Of a stretch of DNA of 21,539 bases, positions 11,410-21,539 are shown in pieces. The number at the start of each line of letters is the position of its first letter. Position 1 is the stretch's first letter. Made by a program: the position numbers and the translations under genes. This stretch comes from Ginkgo biloba (Eukaryota > Plantae > Ginkgophyta). Under the pieces are notes generated by a model that worked only from the letters and a program-made list of their open reading frames with translations, was not told the origin of the DNA and did no database searches. The stretch covers positions 333,253 to 354,791 of the forward strand of contig JANKJI020000002.1 of the NCBI GenBank assembly GCA_024626585.2, read 5' to 3'.

Positions 11410-12465
11410 TTAGAATCCAAGATTGATATTAAGGTGTTTAATGAGAATATGTATGATGAGTATTTGAAGAATTTGATCCAAGCTTTAGAGGTTTATTTTT
11501 CATGTCACACCTATTATGATGAGTATAAGATATCATTTTCTAGATTAAAGATGGGAAGAAAATATTTACTTTAGTGGGATTAATTTTGTAGGATTATAGT
11601 GAAGAAGGGACATGCATATGTTACTTCTTGGAGTGATTTCAAGAAGGAAATGAGGATTTTTTTTTTATCTTATCGTGTATGAGGATGAACTCTTTCTCAA
11701 GTGGCACCATTTGAGGCGAAGTCTAGGATAGAGTCTGGAGGATTATTATGAGGAGTAACAAGATTAAACTATTTAGTTGAACATTAAAAAACTAATAGAT
11801 TATATGGTCCTCAATTTTATAGGAGGCTTGCACAAATCATTGAGATACAAATTAGACTTGTTTTCACTCCACTCCATTTTTAAGAGGCCTACAATTTTTT
11901 CTCTATGATTGAAGTTAAGATAAAATATTCTCATAGAGACAAGAGAAATGCTAAGAAGAAGGATTCTCCCATTTTAGATACCTCATCCACATCATCAACT
12001 TCATCAAGTTATTTTACCATGCCTTCTAGTAGTAGAGGAAAGAGGAAGAGAGGGTATAGAAAGAAGAAGGAAAGATCCTTAGGAAAAAAATAAATATGGG
12101 AGAAAAAGACATGTTCACATTGTGGAAAGAAGGGACATGAAAATAGAATAGTTTGAGATATTCTTAATAGTGCCAGCTAAAGGAACTTAATTTTGGCTAA
12201 TATGATAAAAAAGTTAGGATTGGAACTTGATGAGTGTCCTAATATTTTTTAGATTAGTGGAATAAATTGAGAGGAGATTGATCGAGTTATATAATATTAT
12301 ACTTTTATATTTATAATTGTCAAGGAGTTTATTGATGAGGTGTCTTATGATGCAATGCCAATGGATTGTACCAACATCTTATTCAAAATCCCTTTGTTGA
12401 TTAATAAGAAGTCCACTCTCATTCCTAATTTGAAAAAATATGATTTGGTAAAAGATGGGCAACCT
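11410..12465 (+). mobile_element. Ty3/gypsy (CRM/chromovirus-like) gag, zinc knuckle and aspartic protease, degenerate
   Basis: Gag: KIDIKVFN..LIQALEVYF...KISFSRLKM...*WD...VTSWSDFKKEMR..FY...LFLKWHHLR. Knuckle: CSHCGKKGH at 12112-12138. Protease: ILNSAS*RNLI..MIKKLGL...EFIDEVSYDAMPMDCTNILFKIPLL...Y.LVKDG (DSG decayed to NSA). Many stops and frameshifts. Confidence 0.9.
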
Positions 12466-12966
12466 NNNNNNNNNNNNNNNNNNNNNNNNNNNNNNNNNNN
12501 NNNNNNNNNNNNNNNNNNNNNNNNNNNNNNNNNNNNNNNNNNNNNNNNNNNNNNNNNNNNNNNNNNNNNNNNNNNNNNNNNNNNNNNNNNNNNNNNNNNN
12601 NNNNNNNNNNNNNNNNNNNNNNNNNNNNNNNNNNNNNNNNNNNNNNNNNNNNNNNNNNNNNNNNNNNNNNNNNNNNNNNNNNNNNNNNNNNNNNNNNNNN
12701 NNNNNNNNNNNNNNNNNNNNNNNNNNNNNNNNNNNNNNNNNNNNNNNNNNNNNNNNNNNNNNNNNNNNNNNNNNNNNNNNNNNNNNNNNNNNNNNNNNNN
12801 NNNNNNNNNNNNNNNNNNNNNNNNNNNNNNNNNNNNNNNNNNNNNNNNNNNNNNNNNNNNNNNNNNNNNNNNNNNNNNNNNNNNNNNNNNNNNNNNNNNN
12901 NNNNNNNNNNNNTTGGCATATAGGATTGTGAAATAAGGATAAAACCTTAACCCCATGAACCTAATA

Positions 12967-14635
12967 AAATATAAATTGTGTTAAATTGGGTATCAAACTT
13001 TCACAAAGGGAACTTTCACTTTCAATTGAGGTTCCCTGAATCCGCAATGAAATGAAGACACTTGTTAACAAGAAATTGAAGATCACTTGGGCCAATCACA
13101 AGATCACATATCTCAATACTGCTTATAGGGCACTACTTCACATCTCACACAAAGTTAATGNNNNNNNNNNNNNNNNNNNNNNNNNNNNNNNNNNNNNNNN
13201 NNCCCATTAATTCGTTCATTTTTAGGATTTTCAAGAAAATGCTTCATCTTTGTGGATAACTTGAATGCACAGGTGTGAATGAGAGAGGGAAACTGAGTAT
13301 TATTATAGGAAGCTTCTTCCACTCAAAGTATTCATCCATTGTGAGTTCTATCTTGATTTACAAGAAGCATGGTTGGGCAAAGAGGCATTGTCATTAAAGC
13401 CATATAAATAATAGAGGTTTGGTCTGATTTAGATAGTGGCCATACTAGAAGTGATTCATTTCCATCAAATTAGAATGGGAAGCTAAGAGATTTGACCCTA
13501 ACAGTAGAATTATGCATATAGTTGATGGTTAAGTATTTTTTCCCTTGACCCTTTAAGTCTTCCATAAAATGTTGGGACTAGTCCTAGTTGAGGAATATTT
13601 TTTGTTCAATAGTGTGTATGGGTTCTATTGAAGTCACCCTTGAATCACTGAAGTTTTGACATAGAATCATTAGTGAGATTAGGGATATTCCCTAGAATTT
13701 ATGTCCTTGTATCATTTTAATTTTGAACTATGTTTACGTCTGGGGTGAGATATCATATATTGGATGATTAGAGTTATTGAGCACAAAGCCACCTTAAGGT
13801 TGCAGATTCGACATAAAATGGACATTTTTTTAAAATATTATTTTAAGTTCACTGATTAGGAAATTAGATTTTAGGAGTCAGAGAATGGAATGATGAAATT
13901 TAGTTTATGACCCAAACCCTACAGACCCAACAAAATATAAAATGTATTAAATCAGGGATTGGCCCCCCACCCACCAAAGCAAAGGCACATCTCATATAAA
14001 CCCTGTAGACCCAATAACTTTGCTTAGTACAACTTCAGAACACTTTGAGTTTAGTAACATGGATATATCACAAGATTAAAAGATGGATAAAGACTTCAAG
14101 AGATCATAGATTGGGGATTCTAAAGTGAATGTGATCCATACCTTTTACAAAATTCTGAGTTAGTGGACCTAAAATTTCATGCAATATACTTACAAAGTTT
14201 TTGAGGTCTGTAACGTAGGAAATTATAAAATAAAAGGTCAAGGTGAAATTACAAGATCAAAGATCGAGATTTTAGAGTATTGAGGTCATAGACCCGATGA
14301 AATATAAATTGTGTTAAATTAGGTATCGATCTTTTTGCGAGGGAATCTTTCACTTTTGACCAAGGTTCCTCAAATCCCTATTGAAACAAAGACACATGTT
14401 CACAAAATATTGGAGATCACTTAGGCCAATCGCAAGTTCATGGATAGGAAAANNNNNNNNNNNNNNNNNNNNNNNNNNNNNNNNNNNNNNNNNNNNNNNN
14501 NNNNNNNNNNNNNNNNNNNNNNNNNNNNNNNNNNNNACTCAGAAAGCTTCATGCACTTAAATTTTTCACCTGTAGAAGGCTATATCTTGATTCATAGAAA
14601 ACTTGGCCAAGAAAAGGGGCGTCACAATTGAAGCC
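12967..14635 (+). repeat. Pair of diverged direct repeats (about 12967-13401 and 14300-14635) with a short third partial copy near 13923-13955
   Basis: Shared AAATATAAATTGTGTTAAATT.GGTATC...CTTTCACTTT...AGATCACTT.GGCCAATC.CAAG, and after the gaps A.AAGCTTC...CACT.AAA...TATCTTGATT...AAGCC. Offset about 1.3 kb. Confidence 0.8.
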
Positions 14636-15342
14636 TCAAGTATGATGGATATCATGGATACTTTTGACACATTTAAAATTGGTTTTAGGTTCATGTATGT
14701 AGATGTTTAAAATATACCAAGAGAAGCTTGAGAGTCTAATATGATGTGGAAATTCAGATTAATTTAGGCAACAACAATCCCATAAGTGATGCCTTGATCA
14801 ATTCTTAGTTGAGTGATCATGTCATAACTCTTGTCACCAAACATGTATATGAAATTGGGAGGTTGGATAAAAAATATAAGGACCTGGTGTCTTTANNNNN
14901 NNNNNNNNNNNNNNNNNNNNNNNNNNNNNNNNNNNNNNNNNNNNNNNNNNNNNNNNNNNNNNNNNNNNNNNNNNNNNNNNNNNNNNNNNNNNNNNTAATT
15001 AGTATAAATTAGGAACATAACATATCCTCCCTTCTCAAATGCTTCGTCCTTGGAGCAATACTAAAATAGATGCCTTCTTGTGCTTGCAACATAAGATTCA
15101 CGCACATCTACCTTCTAGTGTAACTTTTGTCCTTGATGATAGTTTCAATTTTATAAATTTTGAATTAGTTATATAAACTCTTATGATCCCATAAAATATC
15201 GTGTACGCCCTTTAACTTCTTCGAGGTTCCATAATTTTATAACTTAGTTTTTATTACTTTACAAATTACTTTTATTCACTTTAGTATATTCTTTTAAAAT
15301 TAAAAATATACTTATTTTAATATATTTTCCTTTAACCTTTGA

Positions 15343-15347
<5 letters not shown>

Positions 15348-15373
<26 letters not shown>
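15348..15373. repeat. Poly(T)26 tract (poly(A) on the minus strand)
   Basis: Uninterrupted run of 26 T. Confidence 0.95.
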
Positions 15374-15418
15374 CGTTACTCCCCGTCGAATTGCTGTGTA
15401 TTCCCTAGATTCCTCGTG

Positions 15419-15458
15419 CCTATAAAATTGATGCATTGGACTGTCTATATATATATAT
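15419..15458 (+). promoter_or_regulatory. Putative TATA box (CCTATAAAA) followed by a (TA)n tract
   Basis: CCTATAAAAT at 15419-15428 in a CpG-retaining segment about 200 bp upstream of a foldback. Motif match only. Confidence 0.35.
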
Positions 15459-15624
15459 TTTTAAATCTATGGGAGGTCATAACACTTGATGGAGGCTCCA
15501 TGGCGGTCAGGTGTATTGAACTGGTGCAATTTTTTTTAAACATCATTGGCTGTTTGAACGCCCGACAGATTTGAACTAAAATAACGAGGAGGTTGGCATT
15601 TCTTGGTGAATGAATTAGTCATAG

Positions 15625-15740
15625 TTTGGATGTCAGTCTCTTGGCCCAAAGCTATAGACATCGCTGTTCGATGTTTCTATCCATGTCTGTGCTTTGTAAA
15701 AGTATTTGGGGACACAAGCGACAGAGGACTGGAGTACAGA
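15625..15740 (+). ncRNA. Candidate MIRNA-like/siRNA foldback antisense to the RLK kinase motif
   Basis: CAAAGCTATAGACAT (15647-15661) pairs with ATGTCTGTGCTTTG (15683-15696). TTTGGATGTCAGTC (15625-15638) pairs imperfectly (G-U) with GACTGGAGTACAGA (15727-15740). There is an alternative inner hairpin ATAGACATCG/CGATGT(TT)CTAT. Confidence 0.3.
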
Positions 15741-16028
15741 TACATACACCTGTAAAAATGGGCCAGATTTGTTCTTTTCTTCTTTGTAGGCCATCTTCTT
15801 AACAACCCATTTTGCCTTCTTCCTGCATGCATAGAGAGACCAACCAACCCTGCTAAAAGACAACCCAAACCAATTCTCAGTGCTAAAGCAAGGCGGGAGC
15901 TCCTATGTTCCCTATCTCTAAGGAAATGNNNNNNNNNNTTCTCTGAATGCCATTGGGAATCTTCCCACAAGCTCATTAGATCAGCATATTATCATATTGT
16001 TGTAAGAAAATTTGTCATATTATTTCAT
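15645..16028 (-). pseudogene. Internally deleted LRR receptor-like kinase fragment (At2g24230/At5g58150-like): last LRR, TM, juxtamembrane and a kinase subdomain IX motif
   Basis: MK*YDKFSYNNMIIC*...AF (cf. NFSYNNLTLC), RLALALRIGLGCLLAGLVG, then a frameshift to YACRKKAKWVVKKMAYKEEKNKSGPF (cf. LKLALA..CLLAGL..GCRRK..W.VKQ.SYKEEQNISGPF, recalled consensus). In-frame TSNSDVYSFG follows only about 30 codons later. Confidence 0.75.
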
Positions 16029-16350
16029 GCTTCACATCTTTGAATTTGTGTACTTGAATTTAGCACACTTATATATTTATATGCATATTATTTCTCGAAC
16101 TAACAAGATTTGATGCGTGAGATCTTCATCAAGGATTTCCATTTGGATTCTAACATGCTTTATCTTCATAATAAATGCTGGATTGATTTTTTTGAATTTG
16201 CCAACACTTCATGAACTTATAGGATTTTCTATAAATAGCCATGAACCATGGATGAAATTAAATGAGAAAATAATGTGGTTTAGATATGAGANNNNNNNNN
16301 NNNNNNAGTGTGGATGTTGATGTTATGGGTGTTGAGGAGAATCAAGTTAT

Positions 16351-16529
16351 TTTCAAGTGCTATGGGGAATAATGGATACCAAGTCAAAGAGGAGCACTAT
16401 ATTTCAACCTTAAAATGATGGAAAAATAGATGTTGTGAATAGAACTTTGGTTCATTTTATCTAAGGATACAATCAGAAGAACCCAAAGACTTGGGATAAA
16501 ATTCTTCCTTATATTCAGTATTTCTACAA
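16351..16529 (+). mobile_element. Ty3/gypsy integrase core fragment
   Basis: FQVLWGIMDTKSKRSTIFQP*NDGKIDVVNRTLVHFI*GYNQKNPKTWDKILPYIQYFY matches STAFHPQTDGQTEVVNRTL...WD..LP..Q..YN. Confidence 0.92.
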
Positions 16530-17209
16530 NNNNNNNNNNNNNNNNNNNNNNNNNNNNNNNNNNNNNNNNNNNNNNNNNNNNNNNNNNNNNNNNNNNNNNN
16601 NNNNNNNNNNNNNNNNNNNNNNNNNNNNNAATCCTCAATTAGGGTAAGGATTATGATTGGTATTAGGTTCCCATTAGAGAATTTATTATACTATTAGGTA
16701 TCCATTTTAGGTTCTTGACCTCTCTTATATACATGTAACACTATGTGATTAGTAGGGTGGAGAAGAAGTTAGAATACTAGGGCACAAGGCCCATGAGTCT
16801 TCCAACCCATCTTTATATTTACCCCAAGGTGCTCAATGCTATGCATGTTTATTACTTCTTATGTTGGATCCCATCTAGGACATCTCACAATAAGTTCCAA
16901 AATATGGTAATAATCTTTTTATGGTCCCCCACCGATAGGAGAAAAGGATTCCACTAAGTGAAGTGGGAGATTGAAAAAAAAAAAAAAAATCAAGGTGGCT
17001 TAAGAANNNNNNNNNNNNNNNNNTAAAGAATTACATTATTCTCCAAATGGATCATAAAATAAATTGAGGGTTTGTAATCCTGAAAAGTCCTCATAAAACA
17101 TAACATTTTAGTAGGATGAATCAATAAAAATAAATGTTGGAGAAACCTCCCACTGTAAACTCTTATCCTTACACCTACTAAGGTCTAATGTATATGTTCA
17201 ATAATGTTT

Positions 17210-18010
17210 AAGTCCATATGGGGGGTTTGGTAGTATTATAAATAAGTTCTAGTTTGAAGGGGAGAGGAACTAAAATAGGCCTTTCAGTGGTGGAGCATTC
17301 TATTTAGTGGTCCCTCCTAATTTAAAAAGATGGAAATTACCTAGGGAAATCCCCCTAGTTCTCAGCCAAACATTTTTATAGAAAATTCATTTCAATCATT
17401 AAAGAGATTTATGAATTTTGAACCAAAACATGAAAGATGTGGGGTATCCTTAGAGAAGAATTAGATTTAACACAAAATTATAAATTCATGTTTGATAAAG
17501 TCCTTACCTTAATTCCTAACTACTTTGAGCTAAGAATGTTACCTCTTCTTCTACCCTAATGGTGGAAATATTGGGTGTGGAAGTATACAAAGTCACTTAT
17601 AAATGGGAAATATAGTCATATATACCAAATAATAGAGATTATAGATCCATTGGTTGAGAGATTAAACAAAAAATGGTAGATGCACAACTTGGCATTTGCT
17701 TGGAGTAAGCAATTTGAGCACTTGTGAAAAAAAAACCCTTCTTTCCTACTTGATCATGCACCATGTGTTGGTTACTAAAGAGTGTCTAACCTAAATTGGG
17801 GGTGGTTCTACCAACTATACCTTATGTGGATAGCTTGAAATGATCAAGCACCTGTTTGAACACTATTCTTGGGAAAATTCCCTATGGGAGTGGGTCTTCT
17901 CTTTCACTACTTCTGTAGCCATCAAAATATTCGGATGGGTTCATCACACTTGGGTGAATCCTCCCCTTAATTTATAACCTTCAATACACAATGGTATATT
18001 TTAAAGGTGG
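17210..18010 (+). mobile_element. LINE (L1-like) ORF2 C-terminal remnant (zf-RVT, possible RNase H start)
   Basis: MGGL at about 17218-17229. YLIMHHVLVTKECLT*IGGGSTNYTLCG*LEMIKHLFEHYSWENSLWEW at about 17745-17893 fits zf-RVT (H..L.T...L...G...C.LC...ET..HLF..C......W). WVNPP at 17951 resembles the plant-LINE RNase H W.PP start. Confidence 0.6.
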
Positions 18011-18155
18011 AGATCTTGGATCAAATTTGGAAAATAAGAAATTTGGCTATTTTTAGCACTATGTGTAATGTATATTTCTCTAACATTGTTATCTCCCATA
18101 TTCTTGTAAATTATGTTGACAAATATATGTGGAAGAGGTCAAATCCTCCTCAAGC

Positions 18156-19177
18156 ATGGGAAACTTGATGTAATCTAATGGTCTTCTATAGAATGAAATA
18201 AAAAGTTATTTCCCTAGTTTATGGTGCATAATGGTTTTCATATGGAGGATATATTGATGAAGATTAGTTACCATGAACTATGTCAATTTTGTAAGGATGA
18301 AAAAACTTTGTACACTTGTCCAAAAGTTTAACCTATTTGAAACATGATAGAAGTTCATATGTCTTGCCACCATTTTAATCTTTTTGGATTAGAATATCTA
18401 TCTTTTAAAGAATGTTTATTCCATTAATGTTTTTAACACTCCTAGGATATTCTCGGATGGATATGTTGTGGACATCCAAAAATTCAAAAATGATGTTCTT
18501 TTTAATAATATTGATCCAAACGTCTACCTCTCACATTATTTTTCCATTTTTTGTTCCTTATTTCACATATAAGTTTATATTGAAATAAAATCACATGAAT
18601 TATATCTATATCTTCTTAAAAATATCCATATAACTTTAGTGGGCAACTCCTACTTTGAATATGGGCAACTTGATGTAATCTAATGGTCTTCAATAGAAGG
18701 AAAGAAAAAGGTCTTCCCATAATTGATGGTGCATAATGGTTTTCATATGGAGGAGATATTGATGAAGATTAGTTACCATGAGTTATGTCCATGTTGTAAG
18801 GATAAAAAAACTTTGTACACTTATCCAAGGGTTTATCCTATTTTACACATGATAGAAGTTCCTATGTCTTGCCACCATTTTCAACTCTTGGATTGGAATA
18901 TCTATCTTTTAAGGCATGTTTAAAGTCCATTAATGTTTTTAATACTCCTAGCATATTCTTGGATGGAAATGTTGTGGACCATCCAAAAATTCAAAAATTA
19001 TGTTCTTTTTAATAATATTGATGCAAACATCTACCACTCAAATTATTTCTCCATCCTTTGTTCCTTTTTTCACATATAAATTTATAGTGAAATAAAATCA
19101 CATGCATTAGATGTAGATCTTCTTAAAAATATTCTTTCTCAATACATATAACTTCAATGGGTAACTCCTACTTTGAC
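18156..19177. repeat. Tandem duplication, 2 copies of about 505-516 bp
   Basis: Copy 1 is 18156-18660 and copy 2 is 18661-19177. They are colinear from ATGGG.AACTTGATGTAATCTAATGGTCTTC to AACTCCTACTTTGA. Confidence 0.95.
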
Positions 19178-19684
19178 CATATTAATTTTTCAAAATTTTT
19201 GATTCAATTTCAATACTATTGTTCTTATAAAAATGTTGGAAGACCATTCTCTTACATCTTAAATTTTGACAAGTTGTATATGGCCATCATATTCACACTA
19301 CCATCTAAAGCCAATGCATCTAAGGAGGTAAAAATTTCATACTATCAATCTTATTCAATAGTTGGATAGAGGTAAATGAGTAATCTCAAAAGAGGTGGCC
19401 TCTTGGAGGACAAAGATGATGCTAATGTTGGACATATAAATAAGTTTTATAGGCCAATGGACAAAAGTTCTAAGAAGATACTTACTTTTAAGTTTACAAT
19501 TTTAGATAAAAATTATCAAAATCAACTTCCCTCATTGCAATTTAAAAGTTGAGGATTGTTTTGTATGTATATATTTCCACTTTAAAAAAAAATTATAGAT
19601 TTACAACTACCAATGACAATTATGACAATGGCATGATCCTCCATCAACATAATAATTGTGTGATCCTCCATTCACTAACTTAAC

Positions 19685-19760
19685 TGTCTCTACACTAATA
19701 GGTGGTGGCCTCACATCCACTACCTCAATTGTCTCTACACTCACAGGTGGTGGTCTCATA
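19685..19760. repeat. 45-bp tandem repeat (about 1.7 copies)
   Basis: TGTCTCTACACT.A.AGGTGGTGG.CTCA at 19685 and 19730. Confidence 0.85.
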
Positions 19761-20506
19761 GTAATAGGAAATAGAAAAATAAAATAAACCCAAAATAAAT
19801 TATTTAAATTATTTAAATTATCTGAATTAAAACAATATGCCAAAATTTTCATTCTGACAAGGATAATTAGGCATGAGGCCATAAATAAACTAAATTTGCA
19901 ACTAACATAGATCTACTTATAAAATCATCCATGATCTCTGTGTAATTCTTCTTTTCAACTATTTCTTATTTTTTAAATACTACAGATCTCATAAAGAATT
20001 ATAAGGAAAATGGATTTAGATAGCGATTATTAGTGGGGCATTGGTGTCATTATAAGATAGCCATACCAATTGTGAGGGAAAAAGTGAGATAAATTAAAAT
20101 AAACTTTTTTGGGTCTTTTACATATCCATCACTCATATCCAGGTCATTTGTTCGTCAGTAATATCGGTGAATTTGATGACAAAATCCATTTGCTTTAATT
20201 TCATGACAAAATCCCTCCTTTTTCCAGCGCAAGCGAAGCTATTTCGTTCAAGATTGTATTTCCAACGTGTCAATGCAAGAATGTTGATATTTTATTGTGG
20301 AAAAAGCGTTTAATTCTTCCACAGAATTCTCCCTCTTGTAATAGTTCTCGCTTCATATTTGAGTATTATTGTTCGAAAATTGATATCATACATTAAGAGA
20401 TTATATACATGGCACGTAAATCTCGATGTTTATATTTGATTCTTCAAATGAATGGCGTATATGCAATTGTAATAATGAAAAGAATGACAGATCACATCAT
20501 ATTTTA

Positions 20507-21240
20507 TTTTCATTAATCTCATATATTGAAAAGCATGAGGGTGCATTTCAAAAAAACGAAAGTGAAGGATCGTTATGATTTGTGCTGACAACTTTAACAA
20601 TTTTTCTTTCCTTTGAATTCAAATGATTTTCTCTCAAAGCATGTATATGTTAACCGTTAATTCATAAAGATTTTTTTTTCCTGGAAACATTTTAACGGTT
20701 TAATATATCGGAGATATCATAACGGTTAGATTTTCATTAATATGAGATCTTGAAAAATAAGAGGACGTGCTGCAAAAATCAAGTGAAGGCGAGATACACA
20801 TTTTTATTGACAACATTTACATTTTTTTTTTTACATAAATTAAATTAGATTAGATTGTTGAACCTGTATATGTTAACTGTTAATTCATAATAATTTTTTT
20901 TTCCTTCGAAAAAATTTAACTATGGGATTTATCGGCGATATCATAACGGTCAGATTTTCATTAATTCGAAATCTTGAAAAGTAAGAGGACGTGCTGCAGA
21001 AAGCAAGTGAAAGGGCGATACGACGTGATGTTTTCTGACAACATCTGACACTATTTTAAATTTAAATTTAAAATGATTTTCTTTGACAGGATCTCCCTCA
21101 GACACGTCTCACTGTTTTATATCTAACCGTTAATTCATAACGATTATTTGACGGTGTAATTTATCGGCGACATGCTAACCGTTAATTCAGAATGATTATT
21201 TAACGTTGTGATTTACCGGCGATATGCTAACGGTTACATT
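20507..21240. repeat. Nested tandem repeat: about 224-bp unit x about 3, ending in a 52-bp subrepeat
   Basis: TTTTCATTAA anchors at 20507, 20731 and 20955. GAGGACGTGCTGCA..AA.CAAGTGAA is repeated. TAACSGTTA occurs at 21124, 21176 and 21228 (52-bp period). Confidence 0.9.
20651..21236. promoter_or_regulatory. Cluster of AACGG-core (MSA/MYB-type) motifs
   Basis: TAACCGTTA at 20651, 21124 and 21176. TAACGGT at 20693, 20720, 20944 and 21228. TAACTGTTA at 20874. Function is inferred only. Confidence 0.4.
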
Positions 21241-21539
21241 CGCCCTCTAGAATGGAATTGTTTACGAAATTCAGTTGTTGTATTCTTCATGGCTAGGTTG
21301 TCTTCTCTGTGTTGTTAATATTCTCTTTATTTAATGTTTTTTGTTTTGTATCAATTTATCAATTGTATGATGTTGTTGGTTTACTGTATATATAGTTTTG
21401 ATCGTATAAATTGATTTTATGTTTGTATATGTTTTGTGCCGGCAGTATTTTTTGCGTTTGTTTATATCATATTTTTCATTCTGTTTTGTAAATGCATCTC
21501 CGTCATCTCCGTCATGCCTAATTCCTTTATTTCTTTTTG

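Noticed and set aside
9804-12956. Long ORFs of 140-203 aa in the supplied track
   Set aside because: They are almost entirely X, created by N-gaps.
15585-15715. Resemblance to miR394* (GGAGGTTGGCAT) and miR395 (AAGTATTTGGGG)
   Set aside because: Partial matches only, with no complete mature sequence or matching precursor arm.
16961-16989. AAGTGGGAGATTG (copia PPT-like) followed by A16
   Set aside because: No LTR or copia RNase H adjacent, so it cannot be assigned.
18723-18923. 66-aa ORF with CPCC, considered as a CACTA transposase piece
   Set aside because: The frame is broken in the duplicate copy and flanking Transposase_21 motifs are absent.
21217-21250. Hairpin GGCGA...TCGCC followed by CTAG as a Helitron 3' end
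   Set aside because: The hairpin is only 2 nt from CTAG, the next base is A rather than T, and no 5' TC end was identified.

Overview
AT-rich, CpG-depleted, gap-riddled land-plant nuclear DNA. The gag/integrase style and depth of TE decay suggest a gymnosperm-like genome (inference only). No intact protein-coding gene is visible, and most ORFs in the supplied track are spurious or run through N-gaps. Most recognisable sequence is decayed transposons: two Ty3/gypsy RT fragments in opposite orientations, a gypsy gag-zinc knuckle-protease block preceded by a triplicated PBS-like unit, a gypsy integrase fragment, a copia GAG-pre-integrase/integrase remnant and a LINE ORF2 C-terminus. There are several local tandem duplications. 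Two host-gene remnants are present: a splice-site-flanked UBR7 exon with lost Zn-ligand cysteines, and an internally deleted LRR-RLK (At2g24230-like) fragment. The best candidates for something new are: (i) a TATA-preceded, CpG-retaining ~115-nt foldback whose 5' arm is antisense to the RLK kinase motif SDVYSFG, possibly a young target-derived MIRNA/siRNA locus; (ii) a 60-bp tandem array of tRNA-iMet PBS-like motifs, each of the two full units paired with its own antisense copy; (iii) a nested tandem repeat that multiplies AACGG (MSA/MYB) motifs at the right end. All three are hypotheses from sequence reading only.
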